A DNA stretch of 64,000 nt, from NCBI GenBank assembly GCA_030248215.1, contig JASANG010001107.1:744001-808000 (forward strand). The letters are read 5' to 3'. Below the pieces are notes generated by a model. That model saw only the letters and a program-made list of their open reading frames with translations. It ran no database searches and had not been told where the DNA came from. Every line of letters begins with the position of its first letter. Within the stretch, counting starts at the first letter, position 1. The translations under genes and the position numbers were made by a program. The stretch comes from Enoplolaimus lenunculus. Its lineage: Eukaryota. Shown here in pieces: positions 48,748 to 62,600 of this stretch.

Positions 48748-49569
48748 TTGGGGTGAAACCAGCCGTTGGGGTGAAACCAACCATTGAACCAACCGTTGGG
48801 GTGAAACCAACCGTTGGGGTGTAACCAACCGTTGGGGTGAAACCAATCGTTGGGGTGAAACCAACCGTTGGGGAGAAACCGACCGTTGGGGTGAAACCGA
48901 CCGTTGGGGTGAAACCGACCGTTGGGGTGAAACCGACCGTTGGGGTGAAACCAATCGTTGGGGTGAAACCAATCGTTGGGGTGAAACCAATCGTTGGGGT
49001 GAAACCAATCGTTGGGGTGAAACCAACCGTTGGGGTGAAACCAATCGTTGGGGTGAAACCAACCGTTGGGGTGAAACCAATCGTTGGGGAGAAACCAATC
49101 GTTGGGGTGAAACCGACCGTTGGGGTGAAACCAATCGTTGGGGTGAAACCAATCGTTGGGGTGAAACCAATCGTTGGGGTGAAACCAATCGTTGGGGTGA
49201 AACCAATCGTTGGGGTGAAACCAATCGTTGGGGTGAAACCAATCGTTGGGGTGAAACCAATCGTTGGGGTGAAACCAACCGTTGGGGTGAAACCAACCGT
49301 TGGGGTGAAACCAACCGTTGGGGTGAAACCAACCGTTGGGGTGAAACCAACCGGTGGGGTGAAACCAACCGTGGGGGTGAAACCAACCGTGGGGGTGAAA
49401 CCAACCGTTGGGTGAAACCAACCGTTGGGGTGAAACCAACCGTTGGGGTGAAACCAACCGTTGGGGTGAAACCAACCGTTGGGGTGAAACCAACCGTTGG
49501 GGTGAAACCAACCGTTGGGGTGAAACCAACCGTTGGGGTGAAACCAACCGTTGGGGTGAACCCGACCGT
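48748..49569. repeat. 18-bp minisatellite (GTTGGGGTGAAACCAA[C/T]C)n, ~45 units
   Basis: Direct reading; variant units occur in blocks. Confidence 0.98.
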
Positions 49570-50423
49570 AAAGCCCTATAAAGTGTACCTATAAAGTTAT
49601 AATCGTATAAAATTACTTAGCTAACGGGTAAAAGTACTGAACCAAAATGGAAAATTTCGTGCACTTTCTGGTAGGAGTTTTTTGACCGTAACTACTGAAG
49701 GCCACGTTCGTTTGGCAAATCCTTTGGCACAGATATTCCCGACGGACCAGGATATCAATCAGTGTACAAAATTTAAACGAAATAGGTCTGATGTTACCTG
49801 AGTACCAACATGCAAACTAAACTGAAAATACGCGCTTTAGTAGCGCGAACCATATATATGAACACTATCGTGTTCATGATTAAAGTTTGAAAATTCTGAT
49901 TTCAACTGACTGTATAATCGCAATCGAAATCGAAACTCGTTTTCAATCGGAATTCAATTCGGGATCAAAATTCCAATCGACCCGGTGTCATTTTATTATT
50001 TAAAATTAGTTGCGCCTTCGTTGCAATTCAGGCTACTTTAATATTGCGCTGTTCACGCTTACTTGGCTGCTCGCTTGCGTTGCTGGCGAGTTTTCTACTA
50101 CCATTACGTGTTTTTGGGTAATTTGCTATGTCCCAAATTCATACCATAAGAGACCCCATTCGCACTTTGGAGGGGCTTCGACACTATTGCAGCGACTATT
50201 CACCTCGTCATTTGCACCTCTAATAGAAACATCAACATATTTTGGATAATAATAAATTGTTGAAGTTAGTGTTACATGAAATACACAACGACAACGGCTC
50301 ATGCAGCGCAGCGTTTCATTTACGTCGCCATATCACTGGAAACGGATAAATCTGAAACAATCATGTTTAGTTTTAATCTTTCGCGACACCTCATGAGAAC
50401 CTTGCGCAACGGGCGAGTAGGTA

Positions 50424-50861
50424 CTATAGTGACCGAATACGAGGGGAACTGATATTTATTTGGCCTCTCCAGAGGGTACCCCCTTTTATTCGGTTACGTA
50501 GTTATTTATTTTTAACCCGCCCTCCGCCGCCCTTCGTTACTGATATAAATATCCGGTATTGCAAATATCCATTGAATTAAACGTTTTATTTCGGATGTGT
50601 CAATAACTTGAGCGATAATGCAAGGTTATACTTAGGAATTACTTTCTAAACTTAAGTATGCTTTAAAGTTTCGAATTCAACTTTATTTAGCCCTGGCATC
50701 ATTTATGTACTACAATCAAGAATAATTGACATTTAGGGATTTTAATTAGGGTTTAGTGACTTTATCCACCTATCCACTCTTATTACGGATACGGACTCCT
50801 ATTGATTGAGACTCAAAATGGGGAACCCCTTCTTTTCCCTTTCTCATTAGGGTCACTACAG
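50424..50861. mobile_element. TA-flanked MITE, same family
   Basis: TIRs and TA flanks. Confidence 0.85.
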
Positions 50862-53624
50862 TACCAGAAATTGAAAAACGTTCAATGCAAAAAGGTATGT
50901 TCGACATCCAAAAAAGTTAAGATTTTAAAACTTAAAAACGCTCAATCCGGCGGTAATTTCGTAACACAAAACATATAGTGCAGACCATAAACGTTCAACA
51001 TTTTCACATACACCTAATGCTTTGAGTTACGAAGACGGATTACACATGAAATTAATTCCAGAAACTTCGTAGACATCAGCCTTTCTCATTATTGCATTGC
51101 AGATTCTTACGCCAACATAATTAAACCTTTTAAAAAACACTGAATTTTTGACCATTTTGCTACCGTGTATTGCTTCTAATTGTGAGAAAAAACAATAAGC
51201 GGTGCTGGTAATTAAGCTTATCCGATATGGTTTACAAACACCGACTCAAAATTCAAAACAAGTGCTGCTCTTGTAAGCACTAGTGTTATAATCAATAATC
51301 AAACTAAAATAAACATTGTCTTTTCCCAGCAAACACTAATCACGTCGCGAACTACAAAATTGCCAAAATGGTATTTATAACATTGTGAAATTTTACGAAA
51401 TTTTCTTCATTCCACAATTAAGTAAATATGAAAGCTCCTTGTGAAGAATCAAACATCACAACAACATGCAAAACGTACAAAACAGCAAATTCGAAATTTA
51501 GACATAAAGGACAGGATATCGAAACCAAATAAAAAATCCGTAAACCCTACATCATTAGCATACTGGTGGCGAAAAATTTTCATTGTGAACGATGCATTAA
51601 GTTCACAACGTTAATTTTATTTCAAAGGCATGAATTTTAAAATAAAACGTAAATACAGTCATTAATAGAAATAGCTTCAATCGCGCTGCCGCTCCAAACC
51701 GCCGCTCTGATCCCGATTGCTTGTTTCTTGTGCACAATCGATCGCAAACGCGATCTGAACTGCTCGCGGTTATTAGGCCAATAGCCGCGACCACAACCGC
51801 GATTGCTGGTATTAAATTTTTCAATAGAAGCGACTGGACACCGGCTAAAAATTCAACCACGATTATATAACCATGACCAAAGATGCAATCGCAATTACTG
51901 TGGACTTAATTCTGACGTAATTGTGCTACGTATGACTACACATAGATCGTTGACACAAGTACCTACCACAACTGTTTAAGATTTCAGAACAGGAACCGGA
52001 TGGTGAATTTTCAGTAGAGAAGATGCTAATTAGTTTTGTATTGTTCGACGGATGATAAACCGGAACCCGATATCCAGTGGCATTCTGAATACAGTGCATA
52101 TAGCAACAAAAACAACCAGTGCTCATACAGACTATATTAATCGCAGCAAAATGGTTTCTAAGCTTGTTTAACCTCTAATAATTTTACTGATATATACTTA
52201 AGATACAATAGCAATTCCATTTGTAATAAAATGCGTTCAAAACACCATCAATTTCACAAAAATATTTTCATTCAGTTGCAAAGCAAGAACACGCGAATCA
52301 CTAACAATATTTCATCAAAATAAATGAATAGACGGACGTTACATATTTCTTTTGGCACAACCTTTTTTCATGGATTTTGATGAATCTGAGACATCAAGAA
52401 GCCAAATCGCTGCTAAAATGAAATTTATACTATAAATAGCAAATAAATTACAATACGTAACCGACACAAAGCAAGCCAAGCAGTCAGACTGACTTATGAA
52501 AACAACCACGCCTCAATAAATATCTATTTCCTTCCTACAATCGTGGGCAAAGCTAAGTGAAATCGCAATTGCACATTTCTGCGACCATAAACCGCGACAG
52601 TAGTTGCGATTGTGTAGTAGTAAATTATCAGTCGGTTTTAAACGCAATCACAACAAATTGTGATACGAAACGCGGATGCAATCGCGTCTTTATACGTGGC
52701 TGGTTGCGAACAGACGAAGTTCAATTGCGATTATAAAATGGCGATCGTAGCGGCAATCGCGATTACCGTTCAATTGATTATGTCGGTGGCTCTATACTGT
52801 CTAAATTAATAGATTTCAGACATCATTATCTGTGCGCTTGGCATCTAACTATTTATTCAACTACATGCATGATATGTACAAAATATCCGGAGCTAAGAGC
52901 CAAATTATCAATTTTTAATTAAGTTAGACACATCTGTACGAAGGTATACAACCCAAGAAGCTAGGTCAACAACAATTACGTGTAAATTCTTAGTAGCAAG
53001 CATGCAAAGGTCATTGTAAAACTCATGTAACCAGCAGCAGAACAAGAACAAGCCTGCAGAAATCTGGCTTACAAGAAGCAACCAGCATGCAAATGAAACA
53101 CTAAATCATGCAAATATACTGATAAATTACAAAAAGGATGCGACCAGATGTCAACTAAGGTGGATACCGGAAATATGTACGATAAATTGTATAGTGAACT
53201 TTCTAACGGATTGGGGTGCAAACCAGATAACGCATCGGAAAATTGCTGAATTTTGAGTACCTTCTGGCCTATAAAACACTAACTTGTTCGTGATTAAAAA
53301 AGTTCTATTTATTTCAAATATATAAATTTTTATGCAGAATTCACTAACGCTATTTTTTTAATAAAACGAAGTTCTAATTACAACTATTTCGCCTAAAACT
53401 TTCAACGTGTAAAAATTAAAAAGTAAAGAAAAAAATTAAAATATTTTCCAAAAGCATCCTTGCATAGTTTTTTCTTGTCTAGAGTATAGAAGCAACTTCA
53501 AGCAAAAATAGGTATGCACACTGTCACACAAAAACAGGGAACGGCATTGACTTATGATGCATAGCGCTGCGAAGTTGAAAGGAACCTATAAGCAGCCCAA
53601 TATTGCGATCTTATAGGACACCAA

Positions 53625-56600
53625 TTAATCCAGTAGAACTCTCCAGTAGAACTCTCTAGCATAAAAAGAAAGAATTTTAACGTACCTTCCCATCCCATGA
53701 GTTTCCTTGGTCGTGGACGTCCTATCCTCACTAATTCCACTAAACGAACCAGATCCAGCCGCGCCAGCTGCTAGAGAACCCTGGCGGCGTGAAACTATTT
53801 GACGTTGTCTTTCAAGAAACGATATGGGCTGTGAGCTGGTAATCCCAGTGCTACCGACCGGCACTCCTGTGCCAGGGAGCATTGTGTGCCCACCAGTAGG
53901 GCATAAATACGAATGAATTCTTTCGTCTGCAGAACGACGATGAATTTGCATAGCCTGAAAAGCGCAAATCTTATTCAACACTAAGGGAGCAGGTGGCGCT
54001 ATGCTTATCATACAGCGCCATCTGTCACTGTCTGTTACCGTGCGACAACGTACGGTACTGTATGATAGCGGTTCGCGTACGATATCGCAGTGGCGGACGA
54101 TATTATATTTTTTAAATAGTATCATCATCTTAATAGTTCATAATCAAGACAATAATTAGCGGTTGTTCTACGATCGCTGTGGTAAAACCTAAATTGATTA
54201 ACCAGTTTAAACAGTTGAAGATAATTATGTTTACTTAGTATTACGTTTTACTATAGAAAATGTTTTTAAAAAATCATTCCAAATATGCGTACGTACCAGC
54301 AGCAAAAAACTAATTTTACAATAAATTAATTTATACTTAAATGTGTTCCTGACTACTTCAGTTAAAAGCTATGACCTTTGATTGAGCTAAGCGTTTTATG
54401 ATTTGTACTCTGGGGTCGAATGGTGGATGTCCGTCGGTCCGTCAGTCTGTCCGAAAAATCCCAGAAACGGCTGATCCGATTGTGATAAATTTTTTGTTTG
54501 AAAGCCAGTTATCCTGCGGTGTTAGCCTCGCGTTGAGGTTTTAAAATTTTAAGCCGTTTATTAGCTACAGGCTAATTTGCAAAATGAATTAAGCCTAAAT
54601 TACGACTTTCTACATTACTTCACTAATTATTACAGTTACAAGCAATCTAATTTCAGCATTAAAGTGTTTTTGGGTGCAATGAATCTGCAATTTGCATACA
54701 TCGAATAGTTGGCTAATAGCTAATTTGCAAATATTTGCTTAAATAAATAGTTACCTAATAACTAATTTGCATATTAGCTTCACTGCTTACGTGTGTTCGA
54801 GCTTCGCTCAACACATGTAGTCCCACTACGACTGGTATACTTTGCTTCCGAAAATCCTGGCCAAGAATGAACAAAGCGCAAAGCACAAAAATAAGTGACA
54901 ACGCTTACAAAGGGTTGACTAGATTCCAAATATTCAAACAGTGTGTATGCACAGGGTGACCGCTGAATCCGAGAAACATCAGTGTTTTTCTAAGTTATAT
55001 TCCTTTTCAGTGTTTTATAGGGACGCTGCTACGAGACAGGTTTGAACAAATCTGCAACAACTACCATGCTATGGAATGCTGTTGTAATCAAACGCTCTTC
55101 TTGTTCTTTCATAATCCTTGTTCGTTCCTGTTCTTCCTACAACAAAAAATAGCAATGATAATAAAATACAAACGTTAAATTTTAATATTTGTCTTTGTTT
55201 AAAATTGTTCTAATATCCATTAAGTAAACAAACGATCGGTTGTTATAGTCACCGATTTTCGCTGTATGAACAATAACAAAAACCCACACCTTAATCTGTC
55301 TTTTGATACCTTAATTTTGATTCGGCGTGGTGCTGAAGTATACAAGAAAAGGCAAAACAGCCGTTTACATTCCTATCGGTGAGTGCAAGTTTGCAGAATT
55401 GAACACTAATCTTCATACTTAACTACGGTAATGTTGTCAGTTGGTAGCGTTTAAGGGAGACAAAATAAAGAAGTTAAAAATTTAAACAATATACACATCA
55501 ATATCAAAAAGGCTTAGCCGAATCTAACCTGCAACCTCTGTATAATGCGTTCTTTATCTGAAATTTCTCGTTCCAAAGCATCAAAATCAGCACGACTATA
55601 AATGCCAGTCTCGGCGATTGAGGCTGTGCGTGCCTTTTCTTGCGATTCAATAACCTAAATATGTTAATATGTATTTGGCTATTTCTCACAATAGCTGAAC
55701 TAATCCTCAGCTCAAATGCATCACAAAATTGTAGACAGTGATTACTATATCATGATTAACGAAAAAATAAATCATGAAAATAAAATAAAACCCACAATTT
55801 CGTCAATTATTTTGCTACAATCAATGTAGTTCCAAAAATAAGAAATTTTCTTAAATTTCTTTAAAAATCAGAATGATCTAAAAAGTTTCACAACTCATTT
55901 TTCTAATGCATAAGGTAATAGAAAAATTCTGCTTTCAAGAGTAAAATATTAAAATATGCTGCCGAAGAGCAATAACACTGTTACACTGTACCGTTCTAGC
56001 TTTTTCGATCACGGTTTTGTATTTTGATACCGTTCCATTAAGTTTTTCAATCTGTGACTCAAGCGACTTAATTTTATCATCTAAAGTAGTAAAAAGTGGA
56101 TTAAACAACAATAATTTTCAATTCAGCAATCAGGGTGCAACCGGAATTTCAGTTCTGGCAGGCAAATTCGGTAATCTAACATAATCGTTCGCTGACTAAA
56201 AAATTACAGGATTGTCTATCGGTTACAGGTGATAGGTGCTACATAGTTGAGAATACGGGCACGAGCAAAAATTTCACGATATTCACCAATGTATGCAAAT
56301 ACATAACGATCCAAAGAATAGCAGTGGTTTAATAATGTCATTTTACGAATTTCGCACATGTGTAAAATAAATTTCGAAAATTTTTGTTACATTGGTTTGC
56401 TTGAAGCAAAACTACTGGATTAAGTAAGCCATATAATATTAAATTATGCTGCTATAAACATTGTAATGCACCGTCGCTTAAAAGCAAGTTTAAGAAAGGA
56501 TATTTACAACAATTATGTCCTCTATTTGCATTTTTCTTATTCTTGTTAGTTATTACAACAAAAAATATTAGGCTGATAAAAAACTAACCATATTTATGAT

Positions 56601-59600
56601 ACTTGTTCAAAAAAAATAACATACAAAAAAGTGAAAACTATGTTACCCGGCATGAAACACAACTTGATTAAACCATTCTGCGCGATTACCTTTATCTTTG
56701 ATTTGAGTGTTGCACTGTGCGAGCTGTTCTTTGCTATGCGCAGCCGCAACACTTATACGTTCAATTTCACGTTGTTTTTCAGTGAGGCGACAGTCGCCAG
56801 AAGTTTCTGCAGCAGCCGCGTTCTGTTCGCGAATTGTCTCAAGTTCGGCTTCGAGCTCAAGCACACGCTTGTGTTCAAGTCTGTAAAAATTAAAGGGGTG
56901 CGTTTCTAAAATTTTATTTATGTATTTACTTATGACGTACTTTGTGCTTACGTATATATCTAAGTCGCCTAAAACATCCAATTAACTATAATTTTATGCA
57001 TATTTATTTGACATAAAACTGACCAGTAAAACGCAACGCAAAGTAATCAAAGGTAATTGCATCATAAAATAGTTAATATTAAAAACGAGCGAAAGCGCAA
57101 AGTTTTGCTAGCAAGCATAACGAAACAATGTATTACAAAGGTATCCCAGACTGCGTATGGTTGTAGTCGTATTTCATTATTTCGATTTCAGAATACTAAG
57201 AGGAGATAACTGTTTACTGCAAAGTATTGTTCCCCTAACCGTATAATACTAACAGCCAAAATAGAAATACCTATTTTCTGTTTCTAACGAATGAATTCGC
57301 TGTTGTGCGTCGTCTAATTGTGTTGTCAACATTTGTGCAGCTTCGTTTGACGTTTCCGCTGCGGTCAATTTTAAAAGCTTGTTTTCGTGCTCAAGGCGAA
57401 GTAATTTTTCCCTGAAACTTGGTTTAACCTTTTTACGCTCAAACACAGGAATCGATAATGCCGCAGTTGTTCAAGCAACACACCATGATGCGAACTGTAC
57501 AAAGTCGGAAAAACGTAATAAAAAGTGACCTTACATATCAATTACAGGGGCCTAACTTCAAAGCAAGAAACCGATCAGTTTTTAGAAATAGCATGTGGTA
57601 ATAACTTACATAATGTAACTACAATTATAAACCTTTTTAACGTTAAAAGAATAGAGAAACTGATTACACAAGAACACACTAATGTCAACCGATCATAAAA
57701 TTACTAACCTGATTTCAGGTGCTGAGTACATCAGAATCGCCGATGTGTCAATAGCATTTTCATCGCCAGATGCTTCGCCGGGGGTGGAAGCTTGAATAAA
57801 AAACCAACACAAAATTCCGAACAGCACCTTACAATACAACACTAACTGCAATCCATGTACATCGCAAATATCTTTCAGTTTCAGATAAATTTTTATTAAG
57901 GCAATGAACTTAATCAATGAAACGTCAAAATCAATTAACAATACGGGCGTTCCTGACTATGCAAGGTGATGCTACGTCTATCCTATCACAGTCCCGCCGA
58001 AACACGGTAAAAGAAATATGGATTAAAAGTTTTAATATTTTGCCTCTTACGTATTGCATCACCGTCATTCGCGACCAAAAGCTAGCAATAGTTCCACAAT
58101 AAATACCTGCGCTATTCAGCTGATTTAACTCTAAATCTTCTTTCAAATCCTTGACCATTTCAAGTTCGACCATAACTCGTTCTTTTTCTCGCGTCAATGT
58201 GTCCAACTTTTCTTGCATACGCTTGCATTCAAATTCCGCTTTATCTGCACGCTTTATCTGAAAGCTTTGTGCTCGCATTTGCAAATCTAATACAGTTGCG
58301 ATTCATGAAGTTACACCAAATCAACCGCATGAATCGAAAAGGCGTAACATCCTTTGTGAAATTGATAGCAAACTAAATGAAGACAGTGTGGTCCGCGATT
58401 TCCTTATCTTGAAGACAGTCACGGACAGAACTAAGTGCACAGACACTACGATTGCGCAGCTGAAAAACGGTTTGAGACGTGATTGTAGTCGCGATTTTAA
58501 TTGCGTTCGCAGTTGTGGTTCGATCCGCGGTCGCAGTCGCGGATTGAGCCGCGGCAGTAACCGCTATTTTAACCGCATCTGTAACGCGAAACTACGTGCG
58601 CAACCGCGATCGCAACCGCGCTTGTTGCGTTCACGTAAATTAAAAGTTGTTAACATTGATTAATATAATACGTAACATATTAAAAACCAGCCGCTCACTT
58701 CATCTGTTAGCTTTGTCTGAGCTTCTTGAACCTGAGCTTTATAAGCTTCAAACTGAGTTTTCAGGACACCATTTTTTCTCGTTTCCTTAAATACGAAAAC
58801 AGATAACACCAGAGTGTCTTATTATGTAGAACGTGGTAAAACTACTAGAATCATTATTATCATTCATGTGTTCATTCTTTCATAGTCTCCATACTGATCA
58901 CGACGAGAAATACAGAATAACAATAAATCTTTACAAAAAATTTAAAAGTAAAAAACTTATTTTCGATGTCTACGCAAACAAAAAATCTAAATCGGCACTG
59001 CCTTGCATTTATAGAAAATCGTGATTAAAACCAACCTCTTCCAATTCTATTGCCGACTTCATATATGATGCGTTCTTTTCCTCCAAAATTTTCACCTGGA
59101 TTTTCAAGTCTGACATTTCATCTGAACCAGAATCACAGGGTAAACTAGCACTCATACGATGAACTAACAACGCAGATTTGTTCAAATATTTTATACTCCA
59201 ATTTGCCAGATACTACCAAGCATCTGAGCGCACGCGAAGTTAACAACAGGCTTACCTTACTTAATATTTTTACAGTTACAAATCAGTAATATTTATCACT
59301 AAGTGTTTCTATGCATAGCAGGCGGCCCGACTCCGCCGAAGTTCCCACTATCCGCTTACCTAAACGTTTTTTGTAGTTATCCAATGTCGACTGATATTTC
59401 TGTGCTTCAGAAGCTCGGGACCTTAGTTCGTCGGCCTCGTCTTTAATGACGCGATTTTCCTCCTCTAGGCTTGATAATTCTTCAATCTGAAAATCCACAT
59501 TACACAATGAACACAATAATAATTATCTCGTGAGTTAAAAAATTTTATTCCAGATAAAGATACCAATCAAAATCGATGCTTCATTTGCTTTTCATTACTA

Positions 59601-62600
59601 CCACCAGGATCTAAAAATGAAAATTTTTTAACAACCAGAGAGTCCCGCAAATCAAATTGTAAACTTTAATCTTGCAATGAAATATTATAATGAATGTATC
59701 ACATATGCGATTTGATATATATTGAAGTGTTAAGCAAAGTGTGATAATGAAAAACCAGCCTGTATACATATTCAGTTCAATAACCTTTTTCATTAGTTCA
59801 CTGTTCGATTTTTCAAGATTATCAATCCTCGATCGATGATCATCTTTAGCTGAAATAGGCAGCAAAGCAGCTAACTTGCAACAGCCGAAATATATCAAAC
59901 ACATAACACATTGATAAGTTTAAAACCCTTTAGTTTTATTGCAAACATAAGTTACGTATTACAAGTATAAAAACGCAGGTGATACTCTATGTATAACAAT
60001 TTCTGGTAAATAGTTTACTGTGAACCACAAAACTTCAATTTACGATGACAAAAATACAATCGAAATCTACCTTCCATATTGCAATGTTTAAACCATGTTT
60101 AGGTTATACTGCAAGCATAAGTTGCTAATTGTAGATATAAAAACGGAGAACGCAGGCTGCCAATGAGAATTTATAATGAACAAAAAGCTTGTTGCCAACC
60201 ATATAAAAGCGACTTACAAGAATCAGATCTATACAATTCGTCTTGTAGCTCTTCACATTTTTGTTTCAACATTTGAATTTGTCGACCAGCAGGCGAGCTA
60301 AAACATGCTTTATTTTAAAAAAAGTAGAAAACGTTGGTGAGTAGTTAGGCATATAAACCAATATTAGCTACACTGTGCGCTAACAGAACGAGCTTTTAGT
60401 CTCTATACGACTGTCTCTTTGATGATTTGTGTATTTTTAAACTGCACGAAGCCAGAACATCGTTAAAATCATTCTTAAACACTTCGATTACGGAAAGGAT
60501 TAAAAGCCAAGACAGAGATTTCAGACTTGGCTTCAGTTTTCCTACTTTTATGATATTTTCAACTGTGGTTTCTAAACAAAACCCGTCCGTTTCCTACAAT
60601 CGATATCTCTCCACCAAAATTCATCGTAGCTTAGTGTATGTTTTTAATATTCACTGTTATATAAGACGTGCTACATCTGGACAGGCGGTGACTATTGCAT
60701 ACATCACACCTTATTAACACGCTCCGCGTTCTAAAGTAATAGCTTTTCAATCCCGAAAGTTATATCATATATTTATTTTTACCTCGCATCATCTAAGTTC
60801 TCCGATAATGTTAGCCTTGACAAAAGACGTTCGTTTTCCGTCGTTAATGCACTGACTTCTTCATGTAGTTGTGCAATCTACAACGAGAACCTAATGGCAA
60901 AATGAATTACCAAATTGAATTTACCTATACGTCTTCAAGAAATATAAACCAAATTACGCACAAATATGAAGCAAGAACACGCCGATCTAAATAAACCTAC
61001 GAACCTGGGAATCCATATGAAAACATTTCTGTTGCAGTTCTTCGTTTTGAGCACGCAGTGCGGTTATTTCTTCATGAGAATGACTATGCTGGAGCTGCAA
61101 AGCAAACCTTTAATAAATCTGACCGCAGATATAAAATAAAACTCATGCAATTGAAATTGCTACAGAAAGCAAAATTATTTAACTCAACAATTTTATAAAA
61201 AATCTCAAACTGAACGATTTTAATTAAACGAAGAAACAACAAACTTACTCCGCCAATATCAGCCGTAGATCGATGTCCGGTGTCAACGTTGTGCTGCTGT
61301 AGCTAAAACAAAATAAAAATTACATGCAATGTGATCGCGAACTACAACCCATACGCTTAAATGATCATTATTATTATTATTACCTTGCTCGCACACTAAA
61401 TCACAAAAAATGTTATGACGACGGGTAACATCCCACGATATTTCTCGAGTAACGAGATAAAGGTACTTTTTCAAACTTAATTTCCACAGGTGCAGCAATA
61501 TAATGCTAAAATAGAAACCGCCACCATCCATTCTATATCAGATACCTAATAACAAAATGTATGTAATAACATGCGAAGATACATGCATTTCATCCCTAAT
61601 TCAAACAAGCATACCCCTACCGGCCCGGTCATTTGCATCTAAAACCGAAATATCAAAAATTTCGTTCAATAAACAAGGTTGGTTTCAGCTAACACTGCTT
61701 AAAATAGAGTGCTCTTGTGAAAAATTAATGTAATACAATGCAGAAAACTTAATAACACTACTTTGTATGCAAACAGTGCGTGATAACGTTATGAAAGCAA
61801 TCGAAATGTGCACGTAAAATTCGATTTAAATCTTCAACCGACCCACGCATTTCAATGAATTTGGTTTTACAATACTACGTTCTAATGTTATACTTAATAC
61901 TTAACTTTGCCAATTTTAATTATAGATGTAGGCACACTGGGAGACACGAAAACTGGGAAGCTTAGGCTTAGGACTGGGTTTAAGATTATGCTTATTTGTA
62001 TTTTTCTGCTGAGTCTTAAGTTTAGGAGGACCCAGTAGACAGTTTCCTATAAATAGCATAGCAACTTAATGGTATTTCAATCCAAACAATCTATATGCAC
62101 ATGGCTTGAAGAAATTCAAACAATCTAGATGTATATGGCTCGAAGACATTTAAAAGCTGGGCATAATCAAATGTGGAATGAGTGAGTGCACATAGATGAC
62201 GCACAGTAAAAACCAGTTACGTGGCCCAAAAACTCACATCTTGTATTGCTCGCATTACCATATGCTGTACGGATTCTTCCAGCATCATAATCCGATTGAT
62301 ATACTCTAAAAACAAGGACAGCTGTTGTGCACTACCGTAAGCTTTTTACTGAGCACTAAAATTACTACAGCGCGCATACCAAAAACACTTGGTAACCGAA
62401 ACAATAATTAGCCGATATCTTCTTCCGTTGACCTAACAAATCGCAAACTTATAACTTTACCTTCTTTTCGATCGCAGTGAACAACAAGACCCAAAATGAG
62501 CTGTAGCATCAAATTTAAATCTACCAGCGAATTATGTTCCGCTAAAAAATAATATGTACATAAAACGGCACACTGATGATAGCAAGTTGTGCTCCTAGTC

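Noticed and set aside
48699..49594. Long repetitive ORFs (282, 228, 192 aa) and a possible CRISPR-like array
   Set aside because: Pure 18-bp tandem repeat with no unique spacers or cas genes; open frames follow from the unit length.
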